This document shows positions 43,439-57,810 of a stretch of DNA of 64,000 nucleotides, in pieces (the stretch's first letter is position 1; each line of letters starts with the position of its first letter). The stretch is from Cronobacter sakazakii. Lineage in GTDB: Bacteria; Pseudomonadota; Gammaproteobacteria; Enterobacterales; Enterobacteriaceae. A program made the position numbers and the translations under genes. The DNA lies in assembly GCF_000982825.1 (NCBI RefSeq), contig NZ_CP011047.1, forward strand, positions 1,398,690 through 1,462,689, in the 5' to 3' direction. Under the pieces are notes generated by a model. It did not search any database. It was not told the origin of the DNA and saw nothing but the letters and a program-made list of their open reading frames with translations.

Positions 43439-44076
43439 GCACGCTCCCGCGCAATACGCGCGGCAATCTGCGCCAGCGCGGCGCGCGGGCTGGTGAGCAG
43501 TTTAGGGTGGCTGAAATAACGCTCCGCGCCCGCCATCGAAGCCTGCGCCAGCGCCACGCAGCCCGCGCCGCGCGCGAAGGCCTGCTGAGCGGCTTCGGCG
43601 ACGCGCTGGTGAAAGGCGTCATGCTGGCCGCTCTCAAACAGCGCCCAGGCGTCGGGAATAAGCTCAACACCGAGCGGCGTGGTCTGCGGGAGTGTTGCAC
43701 GAAACAGCGCGGCGGTCGGGTGTAGCGTGGTTGGCGCGGCGCAGAGCACCACGACAGGCTGTCCGGCGGTCACCGTCGCCTGCGCCAGCGCGCGGTCGAC
43801 ACGCATAATGCCCGGGTCCTGCGCGAGGAAATCGGCGGCACCGCCGAGCGTAGAGCAGGTGAGCAGCACCACATCGGCGTCGGTACGCAGATCCGCGAGC
43901 GCCGCTATCGTCTCTTTTTCAATCTCAGGCGTGACGCCACCTGCGGCTTGCGCCTGTTCGAGCAGGTGCGGCATCACTTTATGGGTTAAGGCGTCTTGCG
44001 GGAGATCCAGCGCACGGGCGGCCTCATCAAAAATCGCCACGTTGCTTTGCGCCGTATGCAGGCAGGCTATTTTCAT
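43435..44076 (-). CDS. Asp/Glu/hydantoin racemase-superfamily protein (arylmalonate-decarboxylase-like)
   Basis: 213 aa. It overlaps the downstream acetyltransferase by 4 nt, so the two are probably an operon. The ...VVLLTCSTLG... and ...AGCVALAQASM... motifs are typical of this fold. The assignment is from memory. Confidence 0.55.
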   Translation of the reverse strand: MKIACLHTAQSNVAIFDEAARALDLPQDALTHKVMPHLLEQAQAAGGVTPEIEKETIAALADLRTDADVVLLTCSTLGGAADFLAQDPGIMRVDRALAQATVTAGQPVVVLCAAPTTLHPTAALFRATLPQTTPLGVELIPDAWALFESGQHDAFHQRVAEAAQQAFARGAGCVALAQASMAGAERYFSHPKLLTSPRAALAQIAARIARERA

Positions 44077-44196
44077 CTTCTTTCCCTGTTATCAGTAAGC
44101 GTTACGGTGCCAGCCTCTCGCGGGCCGGGCAAAACCTGAACCTTTAACTATAGACGCTCGCTGCGTTTTTAGTCTTGCCACAGCCCGAGCGCCCAT

Positions 44197-44226
44197 AAAA
44201 AAAGGCGGCCCGCGGGCCGCCGAAAA
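44197..44226 (-). terminator. terminator of the malEFG operon
   Basis: On the minus strand: GGCGGCCCGCGGGCCGCC followed by TTTTTTTATGGG. Confidence 0.8.
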
Positions 44227-44283
44227 CAACTTCTTAGTCAGGGATACAATGGTACTACAGTGGCAAAATAACGATGAAGAGAC

Positions 44284-45174
44284 TTAACCTTTAACCCCGC
44301 CTGCCGTGAGGCCGCTTACCAGCCAGCGCTGCGCCAGCAGGAAGACCACGGTAATCGGGATAGCTGACAGCACGGCCGCCGCCGCGAAATCGCCCCACAG
44401 GTAGTTTTGCGGGTTGAGATATTGCTGCATGCCGACCGCCAGCGTGTAGCTGTCGACATCGCGCAGCAGCAGCGAGGCGACCGGCACTTCGGTAATCGCG
44501 CCGATAAACGAAAGAATAAACACTACCGCAAGGATAGGCACCGACAGCGGCAGGAGCACCAGCCGGAACGCCTGCCACGGTGTCGCGCCATCCAGCGCCG
44601 CCGCTTCTTCAAGCGATCCGTCGATCGTTTCGAAATAACCTTTGATCGTCCAGACATGCAGCGCGATGCCGCCCAGATAGGCGAAGATCACGCCGCCGTG
44701 CGTATTAAGCCCGATAAACGGAATGTACTGGCCGAGACGATCAAACAGGGCGTAGAGCGCCACCAGCGACAGCACCGCCGGGAACATCTGGAAAATCAAC
44801 ATGCCTTTCAGCAGCGCGCCTTTACCCGGGAAACGCATACGGGCGAAGGCATAGGCGCAGGTAGTTGAGAGCGCCACGATGCCTGCCGCAGTAATACCCG
44901 CGATTTTCACGGAGTTCCACAGCCACAGCAGCACCGGGAACGGCGGCGGCGTGACGCGGCCGTCGGCGTGCTCCACGCTGAAACCGAGCGCCAGCCGCCA
45001 GTGCTCCCAGGAGATTTGATCCGGGATGAGGCTACCGGTCGCGAAGTTGCCGGGGCGCAGCGAAATCGCCACGACCATCAACAGCGGGAACATAATGGCG
45101 GCGATAAACGCCAGCAGCAGCAGGTGAGTTGCCAGCAGACGCAGCTTTTGCGATTTGGGTTGCACCATAGCCAT
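44284..45174 (-). CDS. malG: maltose ABC transporter permease MalG
   Basis: 296 aa, colinear with E. coli MalG, with an EAA loop ([17 protein letters not shown]). Confidence 0.95.
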   Translation of the reverse strand: MAMVQPKSQKLRLLATHLLLLAFIAAIMFPLLMVVAISLRPGNFATGSLIPDQISWEHWRLALGFSVEHADGRVTPPPFPVLLWLWNSVKIAGITAAGIVALSTTCAYAFARMRFPGKGALLKGMLIFQMFPAVLSLVALYALFDRLGQYIPFIGLNTHGGVIFAYLGGIALHVWTIKGYFETIDGSLEEAAALDGATPWQAFRLVLLPLSVPILAVVFILSFIGAITEVPVASLLLRDVDSYTLAVGMQQYLNPQNYLWGDFAAAAVLSAIPITVVFLLAQRWLVSGLTAGGVKG

Positions 45175-45185
45175 GTGGGATCTCC

Positions 45186-46730
45186 TTAATCAAACTTAAT
45201 GCGCGTGGCTTTGAGGTTCACGACCGCCAGCGCACCCACCAGCAGGAAGATAAGCGTGGCGATAGCCGCCGCGAGGCCAAAGTCCTGACCGCCGCCGCCT
45301 TCAAAGGCGATACGCCAGGTGTAGCTCACCAGCAGGTCGGTATAGCCCGCAGGCGTGGTGGTGCCGATGCGGTCCGGGCCGCCGTTGGTCAACAGCAGGA
45401 TCAGCACGAAGTTATTAAAGTTAAACGCGAAGCTTGCGATCATCAGCGGCGTCAGCGGCTTGATAAGCAACGGGAACGTGATTTTAAAGAAGTTCTGGAA
45501 CGGGCCGGCGCCGTCCATCGCGGAAGCCTCATAGAGATCGTCCGGAATCGCTTTCAAAAGCCCCATGCAGAGGATCATCATGTACGGGTAGCCAAGCCAG
45601 GTGTTGACGATGATGATCATGGTGCGCGCGGTGGTCGGGTCGGTAAACCACGCCGGTTTGATGCCAAACAGCGCGCTCAGCATCATGTTGATTTCACCAA
45701 AGCTCTGGTTAAACAGCCCCTTGAAAATCAGAATGGAAATAAACGACGGCACCGCATACGGCAGGATGAGTAGCACGCGGTAGATGGCTTTACCCTTCAG
45801 CGATTCCCACTGCACCAGGCATGCCAGCACCATGCCGACCGCAACCGTCAGCACGACGGTCAGCGCCGCGAAAACAACGGTCCAGACGAAGATGGCCATG
45901 AACGGTTTCTGGATGCCTTCATCGGCAAAGACGCGCAGGAAGTTATCCCAGCCGATCGTCACGGTATAACCCGGGCTCAGCTTCTCATCGCCCCACTGGC
46001 CGTCGGCGTTCACCGCCTGATAAAAGCCGATGTCGTTATTCGGGCGGTATTTCACGCCGCTTTGGTTATTAGTGAGCGTGCCGTCATCGGCGAGCGTATA
46101 GAGCGGACGGGTGCCGGAGAACTGGCGCAGCGAGCTCATAACGAGCTGGCTTTCGTCCGGCAGCTCGGCGGTGATCTGGTTCAGCGCCTGGCGATTCTGG
46201 GTGATAACACGCAGGCTGGCGCGTTCGCCTTCTGGCAGGGCAGGGGCGGCGGAAAGCTTCAGTTTCTGCTCGCCGCCAAATTTAAACGGTTCAGAGACAT
46301 AATAGTTGCCGCTGGCGCCGTCCGAGAGGGCGAGACGCCACTGATCGCCTGCGGGATACAGGCCAAAGGTGTAGCTTTCGCCTGCCTGATATTTACGATC
46401 CATCAGCACTTCACGCGCGCGCTCCTGCGTGAGCTGGTTGGTGCTGCTGTAGTTGGTAAAGGCGATGGCGATGGTGCAGGCGAGCGGAAAGAGCACGAAC
46501 AGCCCCATACCCGCGAGACCCGGATAAACATAACGCCACGCGTAGGCGCGGCGATTCGCGAAAATGTAGAGGCCAATTGAGCTTAAAATCAGCGTCATGA
46601 TGGCGAACAGGTATTCCCCCTGTGCGTACATTAAAACGACAAGGTAACCCACCAGTAAGCCCAGCAGACCAATCGCCGACCATTTCAGCGCGTCGCTTTG
46701 CCACCAGTGTTTCTTTTTAATGACATCCAT
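45186..46730 (-). CDS. malF: maltose ABC transporter permease MalF
   Basis: 514 aa from [17 protein letters not shown]..., identical in length to E. coli MalF. The ORF-track 545-aa form is a 5' extension. Confidence 0.95.
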   Translation of the reverse strand: MDVIKKKHWWQSDALKWSAIGLLGLLVGYLVVLMYAQGEYLFAIMTLILSSIGLYIFANRRAYAWRYVYPGLAGMGLFVLFPLACTIAIAFTNYSSTNQLTQERAREVLMDRKYQAGESYTFGLYPAGDQWRLALSDGASGNYYVSEPFKFGGEQKLKLSAAPALPEGERASLRVITQNRQALNQITAELPDESQLVMSSLRQFSGTRPLYTLADDGTLTNNQSGVKYRPNNDIGFYQAVNADGQWGDEKLSPGYTVTIGWDNFLRVFADEGIQKPFMAIFVWTVVFAALTVVLTVAVGMVLACLVQWESLKGKAIYRVLLILPYAVPSFISILIFKGLFNQSFGEINMMLSALFGIKPAWFTDPTTARTMIIIVNTWLGYPYMMILCMGLLKAIPDDLYEASAMDGAGPFQNFFKITFPLLIKPLTPLMIASFAFNFNNFVLILLLTNGGPDRIGTTTPAGYTDLLVSYTWRIAFEGGGGQDFGLAAAIATLIFLLVGALAVVNLKATRIKFD

Positions 46731-46794
46731 GGGGATAATCCTCAACAACGATGAAAACGTAGGTGTGGCCGTGCCACGGTGTAATGCCTTACAG

Positions 46795-47057
46795 GGTGTG
46801 GTGGGTGCGCTAAGCTTACCCACCTGCTTTTTTTTGTGGGGGCGCGTCGCTTACCCACCCTACATGGTGTTTGTGGGTGCGCTTCGCTTACCCACCCTAC
46901 ATGGTGTTTGTGGGTGCGCTTCGCTTACCCACCCTACATGGTGTTTGTGGGTGCGCTTCGCTTACCCACCCTACATGGTGTTCGTGGGTGCGCTGCGCTT
47001 ACCCACCGTAACTCTCTGAGAATGGTGTTGTAGGGCGGGTAAGCAACGCGCACCCGC
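46795..47057. repeat. REP tandem array in the malE-malF intergenic region: five direct copies (the first divergent and interrupted by a T-run), then an inverted REP
   Basis: The ~46-bp unit GTGGGTGCGCTTCGCTTACCCACCCTACATGGTGTTTGTGGG repeats head to tail. The terminal TGTTGTAGGGCGGGTAAGCAACGCGCACCCGCC is in inverted orientation. malE-malF is where REPs were classically first seen in E. coli. Confidence 0.9.
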
Positions 47058-47069
47058 CATTAACAACCG

Positions 47070-51129
<4,060 letters not shown>

Positions 51130-51150
51130 TCACGCGTTAGTGTTGTAACA

Positions 51151-51170
51151 AGAGGGGCGAAAGCCCCTCT
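51151..51170 (+). terminator. stem-loop after lamB; a weak terminator or attenuator before malM
   Basis: AGAGGGGC GAAA GCCCCTCT. The T-tract that follows is poor. Confidence 0.4.
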
Positions 51171-51253
51171 TAACCCTCATTGAAAAGTACAGATTTGCGG
51201 GAAGCGCGCTATTGCCTGGCTACCGTTTCCCTCTCCACCCGAGGTAATAAAAA

Positions 51254-52195
51254 ATGAAAAAACGTCTCGTCGCATTATGCTTAAGCGCAGGGCTGCTCGC
51301 AGGCCTGCCCGCCGTCAGCTTCGCTGATGTGAATATCGTGCCGCAGAACACTGCCGCTGCACCATCCATTCCGGCCGGTGAATTACAGCGCCTGACCTGG
51401 ACGCCCGTCGCGCAGTCGCAAACCCAGACCACCGATCTCGCCGCCGTGGGGCAAACCCTCAACGTACCGGGCATTAGCGGTAAAGTCGCCGCGTATAGTG
51501 TGCCGGCCAATATCGGCGAATTAACCATTACGCTCACCAGCCTTGCGAACAAACAGACCGGTATTTATGCCCCGAACGTGCTGGTGCTGGATCAAAACTT
51601 AACGCCTGCCGCGTACTTCCCGAGCAATTACTTTACCTATCAGGAGCCGGGCGTGGTCTCTGAAGACCGCCTCGAAGGGGTTATCAAGCTGACCCCTGCG
51701 CTGGGGCAGCAGAAACTGTACCTGCTGGTTTTCACCACGCCGCAGGATCTGCAGAAGACCACCACCATGACCAACCCGGCGAAGGCATACGCCAAAGGCG
51801 TGGGTAACGCTGTGCCAGATATCGCCGATCCGGTGGCGCGCCACACGCCTGACGGCAAGCTTAAACTGAAAGTAAGCACGAACTCCTCTTCCAGCGTTCT
51901 GGTCGGCCCGCTGTTTGGTTCTTCTGGCCCGTCGTCTGTGACGGTCGGCAACACCGCAGCACCAGCCACGGCCTATACCGCGCAAGCGCCTGCCGCACCG
52001 GCGGCTGCGCCCGCTCCTGCCGCGAAGCGCGAGCCGGTGCTTAACGACACCGAAGCCTATTTCAACCGCGCCATTAAAGAGGCGGTCGCGAAAGGCGATG
52101 TCGATAAAGCGCTGAAACTGTTGGATGAAGCGGAGCGTCTCGGCTCCACTACGGCACGTAAGACTTTTATCAGCAGCGTAAAAGGCAAGGGGTGA
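51254..52195 (+). CDS. malM: maltose operon periplasmic protein MalM
   Basis: 313 aa with a signal peptide (MKKRLVALCLSAGLLAGLPAVSFA). It is the last gene of malK-lamB-malM. Confidence 0.85.
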   Translation: MKKRLVALCLSAGLLAGLPAVSFADVNIVPQNTAAAPSIPAGELQRLTWTPVAQSQTQTTDLAAVGQTLNVPGISGKVAAYSVPANIGELTITLTSLANKQTGIYAPNVLVLDQNLTPAAYFPSNYFTYQEPGVVSEDRLEGVIKLTPALGQQKLYLLVFTTPQDLQKTTTMTNPAKAYAKGVGNAVPDIADPVARHTPDGKLKLKVSTNSSSSVLVGPLFGSSGPSSVTVGNTAAPATAYTAQAPAAPAAAPAPAAKREPVLNDTEAYFNRAIKEAVAKGDVDKALKLLDEAERLGSTTARKTFISSVKGKG

Positions 52196-52377
52196 CTGTC
52201 TCCCCACGCTGCTGATGTTTGCAACACCTGGTGCGCTTGCGCGCACCTTTTTTCCTGGCGCAGCATGCCGTCCTGTTGCACCCATGTTGCGCTTTTGTTC
52301 GTACTCCTTGTTTCCCCGCCCCCGTTTTGCTGGTTCTGCGTTACAATACGTCCACTTTTGGCCCCGGAGAGTCACGC

Positions 52378-52887
52378 ATGTCCCATCCCGCGCTGAGACA
52401 ACTGCGCGCGTTGTCCTTTTTTGACGATATCAGCACGCTTGATAGTTCGCTGCTCGACTGGCTGATGCTGGAAGATTCCATGACCCGCCGTTTCGAAGGC
52501 TTTTGCGAGCGCGTGACGGTCGACATGCTGTTTGAGGGCTTTGTCGGCCCCGAGGCGCTGGAGGAAGAGGGCGAGTTTTTGCCTGATGAGCCGCGCTACT
52601 GGCTGCGCGAAATCCTGCTGTGCGGCGACGGCGTGCCGTGGCTGGTTGGGCGCACGCTGGTGCCGGAGTCTACACTTTGTGGGCCGGAGCTGGCGTTGCA
52701 GCAGCTCGGTACCACGCCGCTGGGCCGTTATCTGTTTACCTCATCCACCCTCACGCGTGATTTTATCCAGCCGGGCCGCAGCGACGAACTCTGGGGACGC
52801 CGCTCTCTGCTGAGGCTTTCCGGCAAACCGCTGCTGCTGACTGAACTGTTTTTACCTGCATCACCCTTGTACGGAGAGGAAAAATAA
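52378..52887 (+). CDS. ubiC: chorismate pyruvate-lyase
   Basis: 169 aa from [15 protein letters not shown]...; ...[13 protein letters not shown] matches E. coli UbiC. GGAG RBS. Confidence 0.9.
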   Translation: MSHPALRQLRALSFFDDISTLDSSLLDWLMLEDSMTRRFEGFCERVTVDMLFEGFVGPEALEEEGEFLPDEPRYWLREILLCGDGVPWLVGRTLVPESTLCGPELALQQLGTTPLGRYLFTSSTLTRDFIQPGRSDELWGRRSLLRLSGKPLLLTELFLPASPLYGEEK

Positions 52888-53759
52888 TGGAGTGGAGCCT
52901 GACGCAGAATAAGCTGCTCGCCTATCACCGCCTGATGCGCACCGATAAGCCGATCGGCGCGTTGCTGCTGCTCTGGCCGACGCTGTGGGCGCTCTGGGTG
53001 GCATCGCCCGGCGTGCCGCCGCTGTGGATACTCGCGGTATTTGTGGCGGGCGTCTGGCTGATGCGTGCCGCAGGCTGCGTGGTGAATGATTACGCCGACC
53101 GCAAATTTGACGGGCACGTGAAGCGCACCGCGCACCGGCCTCTGCCAAGCGGCGATGTCACCGAAAAAGAGGCGCGAAACCTGTTCGTCATCCTGGTGCT
53201 GCTGTCGTTTTTGCTGGTGCTGACGCTGAATGTGAAAACCATTCTGCTCTCTGTGGCGGCGCTGGCGCTGGCCTGGATGTATCCGTTTATGAAGCGCTAT
53301 ACCCATCTGCCGCAGGTGGTGCTGGGCGCGGCGTTTGGCTGGTCGATTCCCATGGCGTTTTGCGCGGTGAGCGAGTCGCTGCCGTTAAGCTGCTGGCTGA
53401 TGTTTTTCGCCAATATCTGCTGGGCGGTGGCGTATGACACGGAATATGCAATGGTCGATCGGGACGACGATGTGAAAATCGGCGTGAAGTCGACAGCCAT
53501 CCTCTTCGGGCGTCACGACAAGCTGATAATCGGACTGCTGCAGATAGCCGTGCTGGCGCTGCTTGGCACAGTCGGCTGGCTGAACGGTCTCGGGGCGTTT
53601 TACTATGCCGGTCTCGCAGGCGCGGGCGTGCTGTTTATCTGGCAGCAAAAAATCATCGCCGGGCGCGATCGCGACGCCTGTTTCCGCGCGTTTTTGAATA
53701 ATAACTACGTGGGATTGCTGGTGTTTATCGGCCTGGCGCTAAGTTATCTGAAGTTCTGA
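52887..53759 (+). CDS. ubiA: 4-hydroxybenzoate octaprenyltransferase
   Basis: 290 aa with the NDYADRKFD prenyltransferase motif. Its start overlaps the ubiC stop. Confidence 0.93.
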   Translation: MEWSLTQNKLLAYHRLMRTDKPIGALLLLWPTLWALWVASPGVPPLWILAVFVAGVWLMRAAGCVVNDYADRKFDGHVKRTAHRPLPSGDVTEKEARNLFVILVLLSFLLVLTLNVKTILLSVAALALAWMYPFMKRYTHLPQVVLGAAFGWSIPMAFCAVSESLPLSCWLMFFANICWAVAYDTEYAMVDRDDDVKIGVKSTAILFGRHDKLIIGLLQIAVLALLGTVGWLNGLGAFYYAGLAGAGVLFIWQQKIIAGRDRDACFRAFLNNNYVGLLVFIGLALSYLKF

Positions 53760-53760
53760 T

Positions 53761-53785
53761 AAAAGCGGGGAAACCCGCTTTTTTG
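53761..53785 (+). terminator. ubiCA terminator
   Basis: AAAAGCGGG GAAA CCCGCTTTTTTG. Confidence 0.85.
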
Positions 53786-53799
53786 TTATTAGCGGCGGT

Positions 53800-53952
53800 G
53801 GAGTGACGGCGGGTGCGCTACGCTTACCCGCCCTACATTTTTTCGGCGAGCAAGGTTATGAGTAGAGTGGGTAAGCGCAGCGCACCCGCCGTGTTAAAGG
53901 CATGCCAGCCGGGGCTAATTCTGTAGGGTGGGTAAGCGAAGCACACCCACCA
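53800..53952. repeat. REP cluster: three REPs, one direct and two inverted
   Basis: GACGGCGGGTGCGCTACGCTTACCCGCCCTACA, then AGTGGGTAAGCGCAGCGCACCCGCC, then TGTAGGGTGGGTAAGCGAAGCACACCCACC. Confidence 0.8.
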
Positions 53953-53992
53953 CTCGCATTGTTATCAGCCATTACCCCTGTTTTTCGCCAAT

Positions 53993-54020
53993 AAAAAAGG
54001 CGGGTTTCCCCGCCTTTTTA
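53993..54020. terminator. bidirectional terminator in the convergent ubiA/plsB region
   Basis: AAAAAAGGCGGG TTTCC CCGCCTTTTT. Confidence 0.75.
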
Positions 54021-54040
54021 CTGTCAGTGACCAGACCCTG

Positions 54041-56467
54041 TCACGCGCCCGCTTGTGCCGCCGCGCTCTCGATAGTCAGCCTCACATCGGAGGTCATCAG
54101 CTCTGCCAGCATCTGGTAAACCTTCATAGTTTCCGCCGGTTCGGCATCGCCCGTATCGCTGATATAGCCTTCATCACGCAGCGTCAGCACCAGCGTTGAG
54201 AACACCGCTTTATCGAAGAACTCCGGCGCGTTAATGCCGTGCAGTACGGAAAGACGCTGCGCCACCGTGCGGCTCTCTTTCTCAAGCGTACCGCGGTTGA
54301 TGGACGGATTGGCGCTCAGCAGCCAGAAGGTAATCGCGTAGCGTTGCAGCGTTTCGCGCACGCCAGCGGCAAGCAACTGCAGCGTGCGGGAGCGCGCCGG
54401 GTTCACCTGCAGCCATTCGTCGTCAGCAAGGATCAGCCCCTGTTGGGCCAGCTCGTTTACCAGCGCGTCAACCACCGCTGGCACTTCTTCTTTCTCCCAG
54501 CGCAGGAACAGCTCCGTCTTCAGCATCGGGAACAACAGTTCTACCTGCTGCTGCACCGCCTCACGGCTGATGCGACGATGCTGGGTGACGATAGCCGCGA
54601 TAAGTGAAGGCAGCACCAGCATATGCATGATGTTATTGCGGTAGTAAGTCATCAGCACCGCTTGTTCACGCGGCAGCACGATGATGTCGCCGATGGTGTC
54701 TTTCTCGACTTCAAACTTATTCATCTGCAGCGCGTGCTCAATGAGCTGCGTCGCCGTGGCATCCGGCACCGTGGCGTCTGCGGCGTAAGGCACGTTACGC
54801 AGCAGGCTCAGGTAGCAATCAAGCTGTTCGGTTAACTGCTCGCGCGTTAACGAACGCTGGCGCGAGGCCAACAGCGCGGTACAACAGAGGTTCATGGCGT
54901 TAGCCGCGCCCGCGTTGTTGATACGCACCATCAGCTGGGCGGCAATCTCGTTGACCGTCGGGGTCAGCCACGCCGGGCGTACCGCTTCGATAGGATCGAT
55001 AGCATCGCGCCACTCCGGTACGTGCTGGTTCAGGAAGGTCATCAGCGGCAATGGTTCACCGAAGTTCACATAACCCTGACCGAGATTACGCAGTTTGCTT
55101 AAGCCGCGCAGCATCTGCAGCAGGCTCTCTTTCTCTTTGGTGGCGCCGCGCAGCTCTTTGGCGTACGTGCCCACTTCCATCACGTGCTCATAACCGATGT
55201 AAATCGGCACCAGCGTAATCGGGCGGGTGCCGCCGCGCAGCATGGCCTGAATGGTCATGGAGAGCGTGCCGGTTTTCGGGTCAAGCAGACGGCCAGTACG
55301 TGAACGCCCGCCTTCCACGAAATATTCCACCGAATAGCCACGGCTGAAAAGTTCGCCGAGATATTCGCGAAACACCGTCGAATAAAGCTTATTACCCTTA
55401 AAGGTGCGGCGGATAAAGAACGCGCCCAGACGGCGGAAAATCGGCCCGGCGGGCCAGAAGTTCAGGTTGATGCCCGCGGCGATATGCGGTGGCACAAGCC
55501 CCTGATGATAGAGCACATACGAGAGTAGCAGATAGTCCATATGGCTGCGGTGGCAGGGCACATAGACAATTTCGTGGCCGTCGTGCGCAAGCTGGCGCAC
55601 ACGCTCGGCGTTATGCACGTTAATGCCCTGGTAGAGGCGGTTCCAGGTGAAACCAAGCACGCGATCGGTAATACGAATCGCCTCGTAGGAGAAGTCGGCG
55701 GCGATCTCTTCCATCAACGCGACAGCATTCTGCTGGGCTTTCTCGTGCGAGATTTTTTTAGTGCGCGCCTCGTCTTCGACGGCGCGGGCAATCGCTTTTG
55801 ACGAGAGCAGTTTATTAAAGAGATCCTGGCGCGCAGGCAGGCGCGGGCCGACGGCGGCGAGGCGCTGGCGGGCGAAGTGCATGCGCGCCACGCGGGCCAG
55901 TTTCTGGGCGATACGCTTGTCGGTGCCGTGCTCGGTCGCCATACGGCGCAGCGATACGGGCGGTGAGAAGCGCACAAAGCTGTCGCGGCCAAGCCACGAG
56001 ACCGCGAAGAATTTCTGAATGCCGTTCAGCATGCGCAGCGGCGGGTTTTCCTCGCCTTTTTCGCGGCCTGGTGAGCGGCCAAACATAACCGACACCGGCA
56101 CCATCTGGACATCGAGATCCGGGTTGCTGCGGTGCAGATCGAGATAATTGTGGAACAGTTTGATCGATTCTTCTTTCGGCGTGTAGTAGGTGAACACGCG
56201 GGGGCCGCCATGGATAAACACATAGCGCGGCAATTCGGTGCCGTCGATGACCAGCGGATCCAGCGGATCGGGCAGATCGTGCTCCAGGCACTGCGCGCGT
56301 AGCGTCAGGAGATCCGCCTTCGAGTTATACGGCAACACATACATGATAGGGCGTGACGTATCGAGCCCAAGTTCGGGGCAGGGCGCCGCCGGGATGGACT
56401 TGCTTTTTACCAGCACGCTTAATGGTAAATTAAGTAATTTGTAGTAAATTCGTGGCCAACCGGACAT
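54041..56467 (-). CDS. plsB: glycerol-3-phosphate 1-O-acyltransferase
   Basis: 808 aa, [22 protein letters not shown]..., colinear with E. coli PlsB, including the HRSHMDY acyltransferase motif. Confidence 0.95.
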   Translation of the reverse strand: MSGWPRIYYKLLNLPLSVLVKSKSIPAAPCPELGLDTSRPIMYVLPYNSKADLLTLRAQCLEHDLPDPLDPLVIDGTELPRYVFIHGGPRVFTYYTPKEESIKLFHNYLDLHRSNPDLDVQMVPVSVMFGRSPGREKGEENPPLRMLNGIQKFFAVSWLGRDSFVRFSPPVSLRRMATEHGTDKRIAQKLARVARMHFARQRLAAVGPRLPARQDLFNKLLSSKAIARAVEDEARTKKISHEKAQQNAVALMEEIAADFSYEAIRITDRVLGFTWNRLYQGINVHNAERVRQLAHDGHEIVYVPCHRSHMDYLLLSYVLYHQGLVPPHIAAGINLNFWPAGPIFRRLGAFFIRRTFKGNKLYSTVFREYLGELFSRGYSVEYFVEGGRSRTGRLLDPKTGTLSMTIQAMLRGGTRPITLVPIYIGYEHVMEVGTYAKELRGATKEKESLLQMLRGLSKLRNLGQGYVNFGEPLPLMTFLNQHVPEWRDAIDPIEAVRPAWLTPTVNEIAAQLMVRINNAGAANAMNLCCTALLASRQRSLTREQLTEQLDCYLSLLRNVPYAADATVPDATATQLIEHALQMNKFEVEKDTIGDIIVLPREQAVLMTYYRNNIMHMLVLPSLIAAIVTQHRRISREAVQQQVELLFPMLKTELFLRWEKEEVPAVVDALVNELAQQGLILADDEWLQVNPARSRTLQLLAAGVRETLQRYAITFWLLSANPSINRGTLEKESRTVAQRLSVLHGINAPEFFDKAVFSTLVLTLRDEGYISDTGDAEPAETMKVYQMLAELMTSDVRLTIESAAAQAGA

Positions 56468-56599
56468 AAACGATGTAAAGCCTCTGGTTAATAATGCAAT
56501 TGCGGCGCAAGAATATCAGAAACTCCGTAGAATTTCTGTGGTGCTTCTTTATCGAAGCGCATTAGCATTGACGCCTGAATTTAAAAAAGGTTTCTTGTC

Positions 56600-56968
56600 A
56601 TGGCCAATAACACCACGGGGTTAACCCGAATTATTAACGCTGCCGGCTATTCCTGGAAGGGATTACGCGCCGCCTGGAAAAATGAAGCGGCGTTCCGCCA
56701 GGAAGGGGTCGCCGTGATAGCGGCTATTCTTATCGCCTGCTGGCTGGATGTCGATCCGATCACGCGCGTGCTGCTGATTGGCTCCGTTACGCTGGTAATG
56801 ATTGTCGAAATTCTCAACAGCGCCATCGAAGCGGTGGTAGATCGCATCGGCCCTGAATTTCATGAGCTTTCAGGCCGCGCCAAAGATATGGGCTCCGCCG
56901 CCGTTCTGCTGTCGATTATCCTCGCGCTGGTCGTGTGGGTCACGCTGCTCTGGCAGCATTTGCGATAA
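56600..56968 (+). CDS. dgkA: diacylglycerol kinase
   Basis: 122 aa, MANNTTGLTRIINAAGYSWKGLRAAWKNEAAFRQE... Confidence 0.93.
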   Translation: MANNTTGLTRIINAAGYSWKGLRAAWKNEAAFRQEGVAVIAAILIACWLDVDPITRVLLIGSVTLVMIVEILNSAIEAVVDRIGPEFHELSGRAKDMGSAAVLLSIILALVVWVTLLWQHLR

Positions 56969-57031
56969 GTTTTCCAGAAATCGCGAAAGAAGCGCTTTTT
57001 TAACCGGTTATGGTTTTAAAATCACCTTTAG

Positions 57032-57068
57032 CTGTATATACTCACAGCATCACTGTATATGCACCCAG
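57032..57068 (+). promoter_or_regulatory. two LexA (SOS) boxes in the lexA promoter
   Basis: CTGTATATACTCACAG at 57032-57047 and CTGTATATGCACCCAG at 57053-57068. Both fit CTGT-N8-ACAG and both sit at the same position as in the E. coli lexA promoter. Confidence 0.85.
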
Positions 57069-57076
57069 GGGGCGGA

Positions 57077-57685
57077 ATGAAAGCATTAACTACCAGGCAA
57101 CAAGAGGTGTTTGATCTCATTCGGGATCACATCAGCCAGACCGGCATGCCGCCTACGCGTGCGGAAATCGCGCAACGTCTGGGTTTCCGTTCGCCGAACG
57201 CGGCGGAAGAGCACCTTAAAGCGCTGGCGCGTAAAGGGGTGATTGAGATTGTCTCCGGCGCGTCGCGCGGTATTCGTCTGTTGCAGGAAGAAGAAAACGG
57301 GCTGCCGCTGATAGGGCGTGTGGCGGCGGGTGAACCGCTGCTGGCTCAGCAACATATCGAAGGGCATTATCAGGTTGATCCTGGCCTGTTTAAGCCAAAC
57401 GCCGATTTTCTGCTGCGTGTAAGCGGGATGTCGATGAAAGATATCGGAATTATGGACGGCGATCTGCTGGCGGTTCATAAAACGCAGGATGTGCGTAACG
57501 GCCAGGTCGTCGTCGCGCGCATTGATGATGAAGTAACGGTAAAACGCCTGAAAAAACAGGGTAATACCGTTGAGCTGCTGCCGGAAAACAGCGAGTTTAA
57601 ACCGATCGTTGTGGATCTGCGCGAGCATAACTTCTCTATCGAAGGTCTGGCGGTCGGCGTTATCCGCAACGGCGAATGGCTCTGA
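57077..57685 (+). CDS. lexA: LexA repressor
   Basis: 202 aa from [37 protein letters not shown]... It has the Ala-Gly cleavage site and the Ser/Lys dyad (GMSMKDIGI...KRLKK). Confidence 0.95.
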   Translation: MKALTTRQQEVFDLIRDHISQTGMPPTRAEIAQRLGFRSPNAAEEHLKALARKGVIEIVSGASRGIRLLQEEENGLPLIGRVAAGEPLLAQQHIEGHYQVDPGLFKPNADFLLRVSGMSMKDIGIMDGDLLAVHKTQDVRNGQVVVARIDDEVTVKRLKKQGNTVELLPENSEFKPIVVDLREHNFSIEGLAVGVIRNGEWL

Positions 57686-57810
57686 GCCCTTTTCCGGCTC
57701 ACTGACGCCGCATTACCGTAACTGGCCCGCCCCGGTTACGGTAATGACCTCTCCCGTCTGCTAAAGACTGCATATTTTTTCATCTTCGCGTAACGGCATC
57801 GGAACGCCAT

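Noticed and set aside
45186-46823. 5' extensions of malF (to 46823), malE (to 48422), lamB (from 49696), ubiC (from 52219), lexA (from 57059), rsmB (to 1563) and the BASS gene (to 29309) in the ORF track
   Set aside because: In each case the conserved protein N-terminus, with a proper RBS, begins at an internal Met. The extensions run into promoters, REP arrays or the upstream gene.
57686-57810. Hairpins between lexA and dinF (GAGCC CTTTTCC GGCTC; CCGTAAC...GTTACGG) read as a terminator plus a separate dinF SOS box
   Set aside because: Neither hairpin is followed by a U-tract. There is no CTGT-N8-ACAG match before dinF. In E. coli dinF is co-transcribed with lexA from the lexA SOS promoter, and that is the simplest reading here too.
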